The translations under genes were made by a program, and so were the position numbers. Below are positions 63,435-64,000 of a stretch of DNA of 64,000 nt, piece after piece. The stretch is from Tubulanus polymorphus. Its lineage: Eukaryota; Animalia; Nemertea. The stretch lies in contig NC_134031.1 in NCBI RefSeq assembly GCF_964204645.1, positions 15,115,807 through 15,179,806 on the forward strand, read 5' to 3'. Positions within the stretch are counted from its first letter, which is position 1, and every line of letters begins with the position of its first letter. The notes under the pieces are model-generated. The model was not told the origin of the DNA, ran no database searches, and worked only from the letters and a program-made list of their open reading frames with translations.

Positions 63435-63529
63435 GATTATGAGAAGTACGATCCTAAAGCGCCTGCGCTGTTAGGAGAAGGTCCGCAACCTCCGGCGCAA
63501 CCTCAGCTAATCTTCCCTCCGTCTGTTGG
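63435..63529 (+). CDS. CCDC63: CCDC63/ODAD1-like coding exon 9; gene continues beyond the window
   Basis: tgtag|DYEKYDPKAPALLGEGPQPPAQPQLIFPPSV GG|GTAAGT. Confidence 0.8.
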
Positions 63530-63893
63530 GTAAGTTGTCATCAAGTTCTTGACTCAACGCGACCGTACAAAACTGTCTACTGAAAATTTCTAAACATTGT
63601 GAATTTGATGTTAAGAGTCAAATTGCTTGGTTCAGTATCAAATTTACCTCAAAATCGTGGAACTGGGACCACGTAAAACTGATTAAAGCTGACTGGAATT
63701 TGATAAATCTGTAAGGCTAAAATAAGATGTTACCATGTTTCTCCTGATTGGTAGGTTCATTTTGTAGATTGCAATAAAATTTGTCCATTCCTATATAACT
63801 GCTGGGTCTGTTATTGTTAGCTTGGTCATGATATTGAAAAACAAGTAATGTACAGGGTAGATACGCGACCAGTCGGGTCAACTTATAAGTTCA

Positions 63894-64000
63894 GGGGCCA
63901 GTTGCGCAGTTGTGACCTCAGTCGAAAAGTGGTCTTAAATCTTGAAACAGGTCTTAAGTTGTTAAATTGGCTATAGAACTAAGTTGGTCTTAGACTGGTC
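63894..64000. mobile_element. Harbinger-like MITE, left part, truncated by window edge
   Basis: caggggccagttgcgcag start; interior is the reverse complement of the 48666-48801 interior. Confidence 0.6.

Overview
Intron-rich, repeat-rich animal DNA, probably a marine invertebrate (taxon not determinable here); no prokaryotic operons, CRISPR arrays, rRNA or intact tRNA genes were seen. Three protein-coding genes are supported by exons that I spliced in frame by hand: (1) the first coding exon of alpha-spectrin (- strand, 678-923; the gene runs off the left edge); (2) a two-coding-exon TREX1/TREX2-family DEDDh 3'-5' exonuclease homologue (+, 26845-27133 joined to 39337-40784, 578 aa, 12.2-kb intron); (3) nine coding exons of a CCDC63/CCDC114(ODAD1)-family dynein docking-complex gene (+, 58106 to beyond 63529) with an RFX X-box at its likely promoter. 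The rest is minisatellites, MITEs (P-like, Harbinger-like, Tc1/mariner-like, hAT-like, Helentron-like), a LINE 3' fragment, a tRNA-derived CORE-type SINE and Penelope-like fragments with hammerhead ribozyme cores. Most notable: the TREX-like protein has lost two of four DEDD carboxylates (ExoII D>E, ExoIII D>G) yet keeps an intact ORF with a ~346-aa insert carrying a KRRLF cyclin-docking-type motif, suggesting a regulated pseudo-nuclease; and several minisatellites are visibly amplified pieces of MITEs or splice signals. All family assignments come from motif recognition, not database searches.
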